Positions 1 through 14,220 are shown, counted from the first letter of the stretch. The stretch is DNA of 64,000 bases from Tubulanus polymorphus (GCF_964204645.1 NC_134025.1:18761101-18825100), one strand, 5' to 3'. Translations and numbers: made by a program. The notes: generated by a model not told the origin, from the letters alone.

Positions 1-553
1 AGAAAGCTAATCCCGCAGCAACATTTGAAAATGAATCAATTGGTGTACTAGTCTGTTTAACTTGTCTGATTAATGAAGCTGTGCTGCCTGTGCATTAGGC
101 ATGTATTCAGTTAAGACGGATCTTGAAATTAATGTTATCCTAGTTTGACAGAAATATTCTATCCCAGTCTGACTTAATCATATATTTTATTCCGTGATGG
201 ACAAGGACTTGTGAAATTAACCATGTATGTGATTTTCGTGTACTCTACTGTCTGTTCCTTGAGCCATTAAAATCATAACTAGCAAAATGGGATTTGGTAA
301 AAGTAGTACAAACTTTACCTTTGATCGTGATATAGTATTTCCTGAATGGTGCTTCATCAATTTGCTAATTTCCAAATATTTGTAAAGAATTTTTGTATTT
401 TTTAGATTTTTAAAATGATTTATGCAAGAATAAAAGTATTTAAAATTGAGAATAAAAATAACAGTATTTGTGTTTTTGTCTGATTTTTCTTTCAAGCCTC
501 TTAACACATACATGTATTAAAGCTGTTTCAATGTTCATGGGCATTCATAACTA

Positions 554-718
554 CAGTATGTATCACTTGCTTAATTCGGCTTTTCACTTATATCAGATAA
601 AATTTCAGTCCCCTCTACGTAGGTCATTTTTATTCAAATGAGAGTACATAATTTGGATTTTGTTTAATTCCGAAAAATTTTCCAATCCCAGGCGATCCAA
701 ATTAAGCAAGTTCTACTG
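554..718. mobile_element. Short MITE, Tc1/mariner-pogo-like
   Basis: Imperfect TIRs CAGTATGTATCACTTGCTTAATT / AATTAAGCAAGTTCTACTG, flanked by TA on both sides; no coding capacity. Confidence 0.5.
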
Positions 719-1889
719 TATTTTGCGTTATTTGAGGGGTTCTGTGTGACATAATGTGCACCAAATGATCAACATAGGCAATTCAAAATAACAATTACCA
801 TTGTGACTGTTTGTGTTTATTTTGTAATTGAATTGAGAGACAGAAGAATGTTGTATATCATTTATAAGTAGTTTTTTTTACCCATCGCGACGTGAGGGGT
901 AGACATCGCTTGTGTTCGTTCGTCCAGGCGTGCATGTCTTGTTCCCGCTCTAGAGGCTTAAGTTTTTGATTGATTTTCTTATGACTTGGTATGTTTATTT
1001 TGGTGGGATGGGGATGAGGTCTATTGTTTTGGACATATACATGATTGCCGCCACAGTCATTTTGGTCAAAAAAGCAATTAGGAGCGTGTTCCTGCTTCAT
1101 AATTTACAGATTCATATTATTTCGTACTTTAGAAGAGGGCACTATACGCGGAAAATGTTGAAGAAAAGGGCACTTTTTTGCCTAATTTTTAAAATTTTAG
1201 GGGCACTTTTGGTTTGGAAGATGGCACACGACATAACGATAAATGTGAAGACGAGGCAATTTTTGCCGATTGTTAACAATGAAGGGGCACTTAGCCGTAT
1301 TCTGTATAATTGTTAAGGGGCACTTTTAAAGATTATAGGGGCACTAGGCGAAGTTGGCGGCAACCGTTCTTTCATGGGTCGCCAGCTTCATTTTTTATCG
1401 GCATCTGTTGAAATCTTGTCTCGAATTCGTTTATTCTGGATTGCTCTGCTAGCCTCTAGAAGCCCTCTAAAAGCCTTTAAATGGTACCATATTTTCAAAA
1501 TTTTCTGGGGGTGCGCCCCCAAACCCCCCTCTAAGGACTTCGCGCCATCGGCGCTCGCATTGACCTGGATACTGGGTGTGCCCTAAGATCGGAAAGGTGC
1601 CCTTAAATTTCCTTCCAATACTGTCTACCCATACCCCTGGATCCGCCCCTGGAAATCTCTTTCATTGGCTCAATCAAGAAGCGGGAATAATCGTTTCCAT
1701 AGAACCTCTAAAATAACCAAAGATCACGCCGAGATTTACTAATGTCTTCCTTCTTTTATTAACATGCCAAAAGAGAACAAAGGAATCCCCACACGGGGTC
1801 ACTAAAATACCGATTTGGACTGGGTAAGATACCGGACTTTACTGGTCCATCACATACGATAAACAAAAGCCGTAAAGGCACCATGGCCA

Positions 1890-2412
1890 GCTTGTCATCT
1901 TTTCATAAAATGGCAAATGATGCATTCTGTGGGTTATATTTGTCTAAATACACTCCCAGCTCAGAGTTAGTATCTATTACTTAAACAGTACAATTGTGTT
2001 TTGTGTTTTCAAGTAGCACAGACAGGGAGCTGGCGGGAAAAATACCTCAGATCAATCTTTTCCCTTGGTCTTACTGATTTGAATGCGAAATAGAATTGAA
2101 ATTCGCACAATAAAACAAAATTGAATTGGATTTGATGTTTTTCGCAGAAAAGTTGATTGAATTTGCAGTTTGAACACATGGCTAATTAGCATATCAAGGT
2201 CATCCATGCGATTTGAGAAAAAGTTATTTTTCCTGGACTTTGCATTTGTCAATGATATTTTCTGTAGTGCAAATTAAGATATTCCTCCCAAAAACCAAAT
2301 CAACTTAACATTTCAATCTTCAAATACAATTTTAAATCTTACAATAAAACCAGGAAGTAAAAAAGAAGACGATGTGAGCACCTGCTGATTTCTGCGGCTT
2401 AGCCAATCATAG
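1890..2412. repeat. Dispersed repeat, paralogous to ~29790-30470
   Basis: Shared blocks in the same order, e.g. TCTGTGGGTTATATTTGTC, AAATACCTCAGATCAATC, CACATGGCTAAT..GCATATCAAGGTCATC, TCTGCGGCT.AGCCAATCA. Boundaries approximate. Confidence 0.75.
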
Positions 2413-2701
2413 CATATTTTTGCGAAAAAGTTCATATAAATTTTAGGAGGTCCTCTTTCAAAATTCAGCTCACTAAGATTTGGAGAATGGATAGTGCTTT
2501 AATGAATGATTGATCTGCAAGAATATATGCTCAGTTGCACAGTCTTAGCCTTAGGCCTGGAAACCATGTCATTTCAAGTCGCTCCATTTGTTTTGTAACA
2601 GGCTCAGCCTACAGCTGGCTTAAAAATGAAGAAACCACTTGAAACTCACCACAAGATCATATATGTGTATGTATATGTGTGCGTGCGCGTATATGTTTAT
2701 G

Positions 2702-3173
2702 CAGAGCTGCCAACCTAGTTTTTATCTTTTGCTGAACACATGTCCAAGTTTATCAGTATTTTCAAAAATTTTCCTGTAGTCTCCAATTTTCAAACCAGAA
2801 GGCGTTTTAAAAATCAGTACTGAGGTCTGAAAAATCTTCATTAGGGTAAATTACTAGGAACAAAATTTGTGTTCCAAAATTTTCTGACACCATACTAGTG
2901 CGCCATCTTCATCTTAGTTCAGATTGCACACTAGTAAAGTGTCATATTATATAATTAGTATATTTTGAGTTGACAAAGTGATTCACAAGAGATTTTAGAA
3001 AGAATGATGTAAATTGCCATAAAAACGATTAAGTTTTCTCTAACTTATCATCTATCTTTTCAGTATTCTCAGGTGAATAAAAATCCGTAACAATTCTTCT
3101 AATAACTGAACGCCGTATTTTCACACAATATTCCAGAATAGTTAGGGAAAAATCAGAACGGTTGGCGGCTCTG
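2702..3173. mobile_element. Non-autonomous TIR element with CAG...CTG ends (hAT-like ends)
   Basis: TIRs CAGAGCTGCCAACC / GGTTGGCGGCTCTG (13/14). TSD not clean (tttatg vs tatatg). Confidence 0.6.
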
Positions 3174-3274
3174 TATATGTATCCCATTACAACAGTCGAC
3201 ATCTTGAAGTATAATAATAATTATCCATGGTACTACGTAATGACACATCAAATCTGCATGAATTGCTAGTAAAA

Positions 3275-3280
3275 TTTATT
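3275..3280 (-). terminator. Probable polyadenylation signal of TIMM9
   Basis: AATAAA on the minus strand ~130 nt downstream of the TIMM9 stop codon. Confidence 0.45.
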
Positions 3281-3407
3281 GCAATACACAAACACTGGTA
3301 CTTATGGTACATTTCATCATCTTTACTCAATCCGAGATTTCCTTCTGGCATATCCAACAAAAATGCCGCTTATTCAGTCATGTCAACTTTTTTCAAAACA
3401 TATAACA

Positions 3408-3539
3408 CTATTGAGATGCAGCTTTTTGAGCTGCAGCCACTACGCCCTCAGTTGTCAACATCTGATGTTCTTGGAAACGCTGGGATATCCGTTGAGTCAT
3501 CTTCAGGTATTTTTCCATGCAAGTGACCACGCAATTATT
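3408..3539 (-). CDS. TIMM9: Mitochondrial import inner membrane translocase subunit Tim9, last coding exon
   Basis: Acceptor ttttttcag at 3540/3541. Translates NNCVVTCMEKYLKMTQRISQRFQEHQMLTTEGVVAAAQKAASQ*, with the second CX3C and the hallmark KYLKMTQRISxRFQE of Tim9. Phase 0, matching the exon at 28978. Confidence 0.95.
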   Translation of the reverse strand, partial: NNCVVTCMEKYLKMTQRISQRFQEHQMLTTEGVVAAAQKAASQ

Positions 3540-3989
3540 CTGAAAAAATGAAAGAAAATATAGCTGCAAAACAGCGATTACGGATTACCTGTCTAGTTGA
3601 TTTATATACCATACGATTAAGTGAACAAAAGTTTAGTCGAAATCAGTGCAAGTAAATAAAAGGAGAATAACAAAGATACAATGTAAACTGCTCAACTACA
3701 CACCATTGCTGAACCATCCCTGAAAGGAGTTTATAAAGATTTCCGCCCTTGGTGGTGACAATTGGACCTATTTGGTGGTACCTTGGCCGTCTTATATATT
3801 CCGATGTCATATTAAATCGCGACAAAAAAATTAGGTAAGGTATGGTTTGAGATTTAATGCGATTAGAGGGAATGGGAATTTTTAGAAACGAAAGCTAATT
3901 GTTAAGCCAGGTACATTTTCAATCCATACTGGCGTCTCTAAAAATCTAATAAAGGACCAGTCCAGTCAACTACATTTTACTTTTACCCC

Positions 3990-4385
3990 TGTGAAGCTGG
4001 CTCCCGGTTCCCGGTTCGGCTCCCGATTCAAAACCATTTGAATCAGGAGACGAACCGGGAGCCAGCTACTGGTTCCCGGTTCCCGATTCAAAACCATTTT
4101 GAATCGGGAGCTGAACCGGGAACTGGGAACCGGTAGCCGGCTACTGGTTCGGCTCCCGATTCAAAATGTGAAGCTGGCTACTTATTTGATTCGACTCTAT
4201 TGCAGACAGCAGGTGAACATAATTGCGTAACTATGTCTGCTGAAATGCAACCTTGACCTCGGCCACCAGGCTAATCGAGACGTCTGAATTAACACCATGC
4301 GTGTGACGATTTCCTCCCGATTCAAAATCATTTTCAATCGGGAGCCGAATCGGGAACCGGGAGCCGGCTACTGGTTCGGCTCCCG
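3990..4385. repeat. Palindrome-rich modular repeat; copies at ~4960-5230 and inverted at ~21195-21583
   Basis: Repeated GGCTCCCGATTCAAAAnCATTTTGAATCGGGAGCC hairpin modules plus a TGTGAAGCTGGCTACTTATT...GAGACGTCT module; the reverse complement matches 21199-21430 closely. Confidence 0.8.
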
Positions 4386-6144
4386 GTATTAACTTTGTAG
4401 CGCGTAATCTCCGTTCGTGTGGCTTCGATTACACGTTGAGTGGTATGGATTGAAAGAGGATGGCCTGATCTGTGTTTACGAATCAATTTCGTGCCGATAC
4501 GATAAAGTTTAGGTAGACTTTTGTACCATTAAAGTTTGGACTTTCCGCGTGACGTCATTGCGAGCGATGATCAAAACAAACATTTGCGCGATGTGAGCGT
4601 CAGCTGTTGCTCGTTGACTACAAAGACGCCGGTGACCTAATTTCATTTTGTCTGCCTACAGAGACGCGGATGACCTCAATTCTGGGGAATGTAATAGTGG
4701 AGAATACTGCGATGTGAGCATCATCGGTCTGATACGAGAAAGATTGTACTGCATGGTTTGTTATATGTTGCTAGTTTTTCACACAGCCAATTGCATTACT
4801 GCCCTGGGCCCGGTTTAGGTGATAATTCTAATTGAAAATTTAATTCGGGTTAGTTAATTGGTTTACCTTTGTCAGCGATATGAAGTTGGCTATTAAAATG
4901 TGTAATGAAATAAATATCTTCATTACAGGCATTGTCAACATATTTGAAAATCATTTGCAATAGGGAACCGGGAGCCGGCTACTGGTTCCCGGCTCCCAAT
5001 TCAAAATCATTTTCAATCGGGAGCCGAATCGGGAACCGGGAGCCAGCTACTGGTTCGGCTCCCAATTCAAAATGTGAAGCTGGCTACTTATTCGATTCGA
5101 CTCTATTGCGGACATGTAAATGTTATGATTGCGTAACTATGGTGTCTGCTCTTAAGTGCAAGCCGCAACCTTGACCAACAGTTGAGACGAGGCCAATCGA
5201 GACGTCTAAACACATCGCGCAACCATGTCTGCTGGCCGCGAGCGTTGCCCGGAGCGTTGACTTGCACTTTGACTCTTCTTTCATTCATTGAATGTTTTGT
5301 GAAATAAGCGAAATCCTCAGAAATTTCTTTCTTATTAAAAACTGCTACTGCTGCTACTACGTCATCATTCCGATATGAATGTATGAAGCTACGAGATAGA
5401 TTGTATGCGTGACTTGTGATATGTAGTTTTTCCCACAGCCAATTGGGTCAATGCCCTGGGCCCGGTTTAGGTGATAATTGGAATGAGAAATGCTTAATTC
5501 GGGTTAGCTAATTCGATGATTAAATCTCTTTCACAAACGCTAATTAGGGAAAAGTGAATTAATTGTAATCATCTCCGAAGTTAATTCCAAATTAATTAGT
5601 GCATTAATCCTATACGATGAAGAAACTATCATTAATAAAATGACCAGCCCCGTCGCTAATTATGCACCGGAATGAGGGGGAGCTTAACTTCCCGTTCGTG
5701 AAACCCGAAACCCGACCCTGGTGAAAATGCGATCAACAAGATCAAAAATGTGACATGTCAAATAAACAGGCGTTCGAACGAGACGTCCGCCCACTGTCCA
5801 AATCACCTCTTTTATCCTATAGTCGCCTATCTTTTGTTAAGTATTATATTTTCCGTAAATATTATAACACACTAGAAAACGAAAATATGTGGATAATTTG
5901 GAAGAAATGGTTGTAGTGTAGGTAAATCTATTCATATGTATTCTAATCCAATGGTTACTGTGGTTGCATAGCAACTATGAAACTACTGAAATCGGCACAC
6001 GCAGACGTCTCGATTAGCCTAGTGACCGAGGTCAGGTTAGCTATCGCTTATCTCAGGCAAGACATGGTTACGTATATAGCACCCCGATATTCAGCGCTAA
6101 AAAGGGAGCTAGGGAACTAGATCTGAGGTAGAGCACAAGCGAGG

Positions 6145-7081
6145 TACCTTAAAATGAAAGTAGAAACAGTTCCAATATAATATCCGTAAAACGACATTTA
6201 TTTTTCAGATCAGGAAGCAGAATGTGTATAATATGATATGTGATTATAATAATATATGATAGTGATTATGATAAGTAATAATATTAAAATGGAGTAAGGC
6301 CTAAAATTAAGAATGATCAGCTTTAGAATTATATACAACCGGTTGGTTTCACATTTCAGACTATTCTTATACGTTTTCGAAATATCTATAGACAAATATA
6401 ACCCGTGCACGGTTAGTACCACTAAATTTCTTAGACTTAAACTGACAAACGTTAATGTCCGAGTAGTACCTAGTTAAATCTATTTCACAGGACACTTCGT
6501 GATAGTGATCAGAGATATCCATTTCTAGCTGACGAATGCTAAATATAAAAAGTCTCAGAATTGATAACTCTTTAATTACGATTTACACTAATGGACGAAT
6601 ATTGATAGTAATCTTAACTAATAATCACGGACCGGTGACTCGGCAGTTAAAGCCAGTCAGGTCATAAAAGATTCAGATTCTCAAGAGATAACAGAATTAT
6701 TCCGTAATACTAGCGGACAAGTGCTGAGTATACTGCTATCTAATTTGTAACATTTTGATTAGAAATTCAACATAAAGACCAATTTCAATCTAACTCCAAA
6801 TGAAATACAATAATAAAATCATGTTTATAAAAATAGCTAGCTGACAAAGGCTAGGAAAGAATAGACAAAAATATAGTAATATTGATAATAGATGTGTACT
6901 GTATAGGAATGTTGTTGATTAATCTTGTACGGCATGTAGATCTATAAGGTTTGAGCTATATACACATTCAAATACTCTAAAAGAAAAATACAAAATTTCC
7001 TACCTTAAAATGAAAGTAGAAACAGTTCCAATATAATATCCGTAAAACGACATTTATTTTTCAGATCAGGAAGCAGAATGT
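6145..7081 (+). repeat. Exact 81-bp direct repeat (6145-6225 and 7001-7081) bracketing 775 bp
   Basis: TACCTTAAAATGAAAGTAGAAACAG...CAGGAAGCAGAATGT is identical in both copies. Confidence 0.9.
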
Positions 7082-10000
7082 ATTGCCTTCCTGTCTGTTA
7101 CTCATTTTATATATTTTGTTATAATGAGGGCGGACCAAGGCTGATGATTGATCCCTCAGAGAAATACCCAATAAATTGACCCTTGACACAGCCAAAATCT
7201 CACACCTGGCAGGTTGGCACCTTAATGAGTTAATCAATGAAATAGCTTTTTGGCAGGCAAACAGTGAGATAATCACCTGAGTAGGCAGCTGTCCAGCAGC
7301 TCGCCCAAAATCACTATCAACACCAAAGTGGGTCTAATTTTATTTTTCGCAGGATGTTTGTACAAAGTTAACAACCTAGCTAATGGGTTGTTATTGTTAT
7401 GACAACTAAGAGTAGGCTCTTGTAACCATGCAGACAACACAGAAACTATGATGATTTCAAGTCAAAATCGAAGTATTTAGAAGAAAAAACTATTTTTCGA
7501 ATATTAACTAGAAATTCAGAATAATCATGATATTACGATCCGAGGGATACCAAATAAGCCTGGGTACCTTGACTACAAAATAAAACATTAAAAAGGTGGC
7601 TTTAGGGGTTAAACTACTATACGTAAATACGTCTGGACTGAGGAATATCGTATACTCGCGCCATCTAGCGAATAAAGAACCTGGAACAAATGAAATGTCC
7701 GGCTGTCAAAAGGTAATAGAGATGTTACGAGAGGTCATCGGTTGGTTTTTCGATGTATTTGATGATGTGCTGTAACTAAAACCATAGCGCCGAATTGATT
7801 TAGGGTGTTTTAGTTTAAAAAAAGAAGCCGATTTAGTCGAATCGGAACAGTTTTCCAACTAATTACTACCAACGGAATTCCTTTGTATCACGAGTACATA
7901 ATTTCTAAATTGTTGATATATCTCAAATATCGTTGATGAGTCATATATAATGAAGGTCGAAGGTTAAGAGGGTCGATTTATTGGAACTTTAAAGGCATAG
8001 TTATATAATTTCTGGAATGAAAAAAATCAAAGTTTGGAACTTAAACATAGTGAACTTGGATTTTAAAAAGGAATCATCAGCATGTCTCCTTTACAATGAA
8101 GGATTCAATCCGATGTTGATTCTACTTGCTTAAAGGGTACATGTGCAGTTAATAGAATATCATGTCATACTTTTTCTATGAAGTAATATGTTCACAAGTT
8201 ATAATATGCTACTGATTATCATGAAATACACTAATAAATCGGCAATTTCAGCAGGTGCTCAATTTATCTAGATGTGTGCAGGTATGACGGTATCCTGACG
8301 TCATCTCTGTTGAAAGCTTACTGTTTACTTAGTTTCTGCTCATTTCAAAAGGGTATTTTATGATTTTTTAAATTAATGATTTCTAAAGTATTGTTGGTGC
8401 CATCGTATATGATATGATAAACATATATGTTAGTGGGTGCACCATATAGCCGTGATATCAGAGGAAACAATTATATACGTATATGGGCTAGAGAGCGCAT
8501 ATGTGCTAAGACTTATCACCGACATACCGTGAAAAAAGCAACAGTGGGTTTGGTGAACTATGTAAACAAAGTGAAGAATAAATGAATGACGCATTTATAA
8601 GTAATCATTCCTATGCGAAATAAGCATTGCGTTTATCAATCACGAAAAGTACAATTCATTGGCCATGTGGCCAAAAGAAAAAATGTTTGAGACGCTGAAG
8701 CAAGAGTTTCGGTGGACAGCAATCAAACCCAGGCAAGTATGGCGCCAGAGAGGCGATCCGATGTTTATTGGACAGTGTCTGTCATCGAGAGGATTTCCGA
8801 GGTTGCGCCAGACGTGATGACGCAATCAACTGGGACTATCGTAGCTACGTCACCAAGCAATGATGCTGAGCTGACCTACTATTTTGATATCGGAAAAGCT
8901 GACCGTGTGAAGAAATTGATATCTGTTATCGCTCATCACCGCTCAATGAGACACACGTGAGAATCCCACACCTGTTGCTGGCGCACTGTTGCCGGGGCAC
9001 CGCTCCAGGGAGAATTAGTACGTATGATCACAAATGTGAAAATGCAGTGTTAAGTACTATAGCAATGCAACACAATATGTACAACATAATAGTTGGTTAC
9101 TGGGAAAATTGTTGTTATGTATTAATGCAGTAATGGATTACTCCAATAAAAAGGTTCACAGTTTTTCATGCAGTCAACCTCGGCTAATTCCTATCACCGT
9201 CCTTACATAAATCAGAGTGAGACTGATTGCTACCCGGCCAAATTGCCCCTAAACAACTGTTTTCATGGGTCCCAAATGAGCCCTGAATAAAAACGCTGGA
9301 CCAGGTTCAAGCCAAATCTAGCACGAGCTAGAGGTTCCGGAAGTGACACTTGTTGCTTTTTTGTAGTATCCGGTGAGCGTGGTTTACGTGTGTTCCAGGC
9401 ACGGGTCCAATTTTTTGGCTGTAGCCTGTTCCAGGGCCAATTTGGCCCGTGCCCAATTGGCCTCTGTGTGATGACAGCTGATGTGATGTACAATTAACTG
9501 ATAATCTGTAGTTCTAATCCAACCACTTAGACTTCACTTAAACACTTGATCCAACACTATGGTTGCAGTAAAGTGCGTCCTCTAGTATCAAATACAGGTG
9601 ACCTCTCATTACCCCTCAAGAGCCTTGTTACCTATTGAAATGTCTGATCTGTTTCTTATTACTTATTCGCTAGGTGGCACTCTCCTCTATCTTCAATTCA
9701 TTTTTTCGTAACCATGTCTGGTCTGCTGATAAACATCAACAACGTTGACCTCGACCGCGGTCAATCGACTACATGGACACAACAAATCGCCAGGTGATAG
9801 CGCAAGCTAATCCAGATGTCTAAACACGATTGCGTAAGCATGTCTGCTGACCGCGAGCGAGCGGTTACTACACGTAACGAAGTTGCGTCTATTAATATCT
9901 GGCTATGGAAATAGGTTACTTTATAAAATATACTACAGGTGTGAAACTCATAGATATATACATATACATTGAATGATTTGTGAAATAAGCGAAATTAACA

Positions 10001-11110
10001 TAAATTTCATCCTTAATTTAAACAGTGCAACAATGTTATCAAGTTTTTAGCATTCTATCTGACTGGATCGTGAAGATAGTTGATCACAATCAATTAAGAA
10101 ATATTGTAAATAATAGTTTATCAGCAAGTCGTTGACAATTCAATATTTTCAATGTTTATAGACATGAGAATTTTAAACATAACATAGTGGATATACGGTA
10201 ACGAAGGGGTAAATTATGACGCTAATAAAGTCAAAATACAAAAAGAGAATAAAGATTATAAGAGAGATGAAAAAAGATATATACATTCATCTACGAAGTC
10301 AATTAATTGCGGCTTATTACTACATCATTTGGTGTAAACGCGTCGCTGTGCTGAGAGGTGCTGAGAGGTGCGAAAACAGCAAAATCGTTTCCAATCGAAC
10401 ATGAAATCATGGAATGATGTGGCAGAGCACTGATTCATTTCTTGAGGATTGACAAATTCGATGTTCACATTTTTGAATGTTTGGGGCTACAAGAACCAAG
10501 ACTAACCACAGTATCATTACCATAATAAGCTTTGTCTATTATCAATGAGAAATACACGGTCCGACCGATTAGTTTGGAATTGATTGGAACGCATTTAATT
10601 TGGGTCAGATACCAGGCCTACACCCACCTCACATATCAATAACTGTAACCTTCCCAAAACTAAGCCGCCAGATAACACTGCTCAATGGGAAGTATTACTG
10701 CTAAACTTGTCAAATCAAGTCTAGATGTATATGAATCCATCAGGTAATATGTAAATAGTATGTTCTGTAAATAACTTTTGTTATGTTTTAAGATACGTTT
10801 TCATTTACTTCCTAAATGAATACTGTTTTTCCTCCATATAACATAGAAGTGGTTGGAGTGTAATGAATATTCGTATTCGTATTAAAAGTATTGAGAGCAA
10901 TCTGATCGAATAGTATTAAAACATGTGTGTAACTGAAGCTTTTATATGTATATATTGTTAGTGAATGCATGTTGTTTTTGTAGAATGAATTTTATCTGTA
11001 AACGATACATAATCTGTATCCTAAATGCACCATTTGTTGTTCGTAATGAAAGTGAAGTTTAAGTCTAGACTTCGGTCTATCGAATATCTGGTCTTGACTC
11101 GCTGAATGGC

Positions 11111-12626
11111 GGTAGGGTCTGAAACACGGCCCCGGCCGCGGCCACACATCTGAAATACGGTACCGGCCGCGGCCGCACACGTCTATAACACGGCCCCGCC
11201 CCTATTGACGATAATACAAAATGCTAAAATTGTAAATACTAATACTTTTGCGGGTAAATGTATCGGTTAGAATTCTATTTGAATTTACTTCGCACAGTTC
11301 GGTGAATCAGCTTGCCATCATTTTAACACTGAGCACCGTGCTCCAGTGTTGTTAATGTGACAAATCTCCAAGCAATGAACACGGAAAGAGTACAGCTAGG
11401 GATAAGTTGATTTTTGTATGTGTGAGAGAGTGCATGGAAGTGTGAATTAACCCTTTTCTTCTCTTCTTCTAATGTAACATTTCTTTTTTGGGTGGTATAT
11501 CCTACGAGCTATGCTTTTTTAGGTCTTCTCCTCTGATAAATTATGTAAATTTATACGTAATTTGTGCAAAAACATCATAATTTATAATAAAAAGTATATT
11601 ACTTGCTATAAATTGCTATAATTTTCAGAAAATGGACAAACAAACAATCATAGTGTTCATTTTATCCCACAATGATCAACTAGTAGATACATAATATTCA
11701 ACAACAAAAAAACAGGCAACAAAACATACTCTCACCCAAATTAGAATCACCAGTCGAAGGAGGTAAATAACTCAAGTTTCCCCAAGTAAATTATCCATAC
11801 GAGCTTTTCGGGTATTGTGTGGGTGATACATTTAAGGTAGAAAAGTTGATTTGTTGGCACAAAGAAATGCACTCATAATGCAGGTCTTAGATTATTTGTT
11901 ATACTTAACCTAAGAACCAAAAAAACCTAAGGCCCCTGAAATATTGAGCTGCTTCTTACTGCGGTCTCTCAACTACCATGGTCAGATTAACATAAATACT
12001 GCATGTATGCATAAAAAAATTTGAAAAATTAATGAAAGGAGCCTGTAAATTACGTGGAACTTTTAATGCTATACCGCAGAGCATTATCTCAGGGGTTTCT
12101 TGGTTGAATAAAAACGCTTAAAGCAGACTGTTGTCCTGGCGAATCAAGAGTGGTCACCTGGAGATAGATAAAACTAACTTTAGACAAAATCAACTATCTT
12201 GAATATAATGCGATTTGCTAATTTGTAAACTATGAAACATTTCATAGAAATGCATTCAAACCATTTAGGGTGATTTTGCTAAAACCTTTTTTCCAGTGGC
12301 AGATTTAGGGAGTGGTCTCGGGGCCCAGATTCCTGCCTATGATATTATAGCCACTACAAAAAAAACTCATACTAACTAAATGTATTATTTTATAATTTAA
12401 TTATAGCTCCTCGCAAAGCAAAAGGTAGATAGATAGGCATCTGGTTTGGGCCAAAATGACAGAGTCGATTGAAGCTTAACCGTTCAAAGTTGAAATAGTC
12501 TATATTTGGACTTGTGATAGATAGTAGAAAATCTTTTTCTTTCATTTGACCATTTAAACGAAAAAAAAGAGCAGCCGCGGCCGTGTTTAAGACGTGTGCC
12601 GCCGGGGCCGTGTTTCAGACCCTACC
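11111..12626. mobile_element. Non-autonomous Mutator-like element (MULE)
   Basis: 26-bp perfect TIR GGTAGGGTCTGAAACACGGCCCCGGC with GC-rich subterminal repeats; perfect 9-bp TSD CTGAATGGC (11102-11110, 12627-12635). Confidence 0.9.
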
Positions 12627-13357
12627 CTGAATGGCGAAAGCCAACCTAGACGTTAAAACACGATTGCATAACTATTTCTGCTGCAGTGGGCTTTTTAGTG
12701 AGCGTCTAACCTGGACCGTAAGCTACGTCACTAAGTTGCATTAATTTATATACAGCTATGTGAACAAATTACAAGGCATTTTCAATTGCGATGTCTGATT
12801 CGTTTCTTGTAACTTATTCGCTAGATGGCGCGAGTATACTATTGGTCAAATATTCGTATTCGTATTCCTCATAGGCACATCTGCTCATAATCGATGCAAG
12901 ATGTCCAACACTATTGCGTAACTGTGTCTGTTGGTGAGCGGTAACCCCGACCTTGACCGACTAGTCAATTGAGACGTCTAAACAACCATCTTATCTCTGC
13001 GCCAATGTCAGTGTTCTCACTGTTACCATGCAACCGTGGTAACTATTGGATTAGAATAGAATAGAACATATTTATGTGCGCTCTCATTTCCAGCCATTTT
13101 TGGTTTAGGGATGGTTAAAAATGTTCTTTTTTTTATGTTTTCTATGGAATTTGATAGATAGGAAAATATTAAGTTTAATAGAATATTGAAATGATTGTTT
13201 TTTCATCTTTGACAATGGATTTATCCTGCGGGAAGGGTGATTTATACGGCCGGAAGAAAGCGTCTGTTTATTTTATATCTTACAATTTCATGGGCTTGCA
13301 GATATTGACTTCTTGGTGAGGGGATTCGATAACTTTCTCTCTTGTTAAGGGCTCGGG

Positions 13358-14219
13358 TGTCACGACCTTGCATTCATAACTTCATATATTCATGCATTCT
13401 GCATGCATTCATAACTTCATATATTCATGCATTCTGCATGCATGCATAGCTTATAGCTAGCTGTGTGTTTGTTGGGATCGGCGCACCTTTCTCAATGTGA
13501 CCATTCAACCCTAGCGGTCAATTCTATATAAGATTTGGTTTAAGCGTCGTTTCACTAGACACGACAAACCCGTCCAGCTGTTAGGACACCGTATTGGGTG
13601 TAGTATAGTAACACATGTATGCTGTTCACGGGGTAAGTTAAACTATTCTAATATTCATTCTTAATAATCATTCCAAGCAAATTGCTTAATAGATAAACCA
13701 TTGTATTGTTCTATCTTCGGATAAATCTTTGTATTATAATCAAATAACATTACAATTGAGACGCACGTTTGGTTTGCAGGGTTTATGACCCTTATAAATG
13801 TCGTAACAATAATTGTTGTTGTCTTTTAGTTTGTGAATTATATCCACTCAGATACGTCAAGTGAGTGCGTGTCTCGAAACCTCCCGTACTCAAGCTACGC
13901 CAGTTAGTGCGGTTAACGTCTGAGCGCCTGATATTTCAGTTACTAACGGACGGTCGTCAACATTCGCAATATCCTGGGAGACCCACATACGTTGATCAGT
14001 GTGCACCCATCAAGGTCACGTCTCACTCGGATACCACCACGGCTCACTACTGGAGAAGTGTGATCAAACTCTAACTCTAACTCCATTCTAATTAACTGTA
14101 GAACTTACGTTGGAATAAATTTGTAATTCGTTTTGTTTTAATTTAAGAATTCTTGTCGTCCGTTGTTGATTCTCTGCTATCGGATATCCTATTGGGGTTT
14201 TCCACGGACCCTCGTGACA
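13358..14219 (+). repeat. 5' LTR (862 bp)
   Basis: Starts TGTCACGA, ends TCGTGACA (8-bp terminal inverted repeat); TATA-like CTATATAAG ~13524; AATAAA ~14114; extra 35-bp tandem duplication near the 5' end. Confidence 0.95.
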
Positions 14220-14220
14220 A

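Noticed and set aside
3227-3551. Plus-strand ORFs of 99 and 90 aa
   Set aside because: Antisense shadows of the TIMM9 last exon and 3' UTR.
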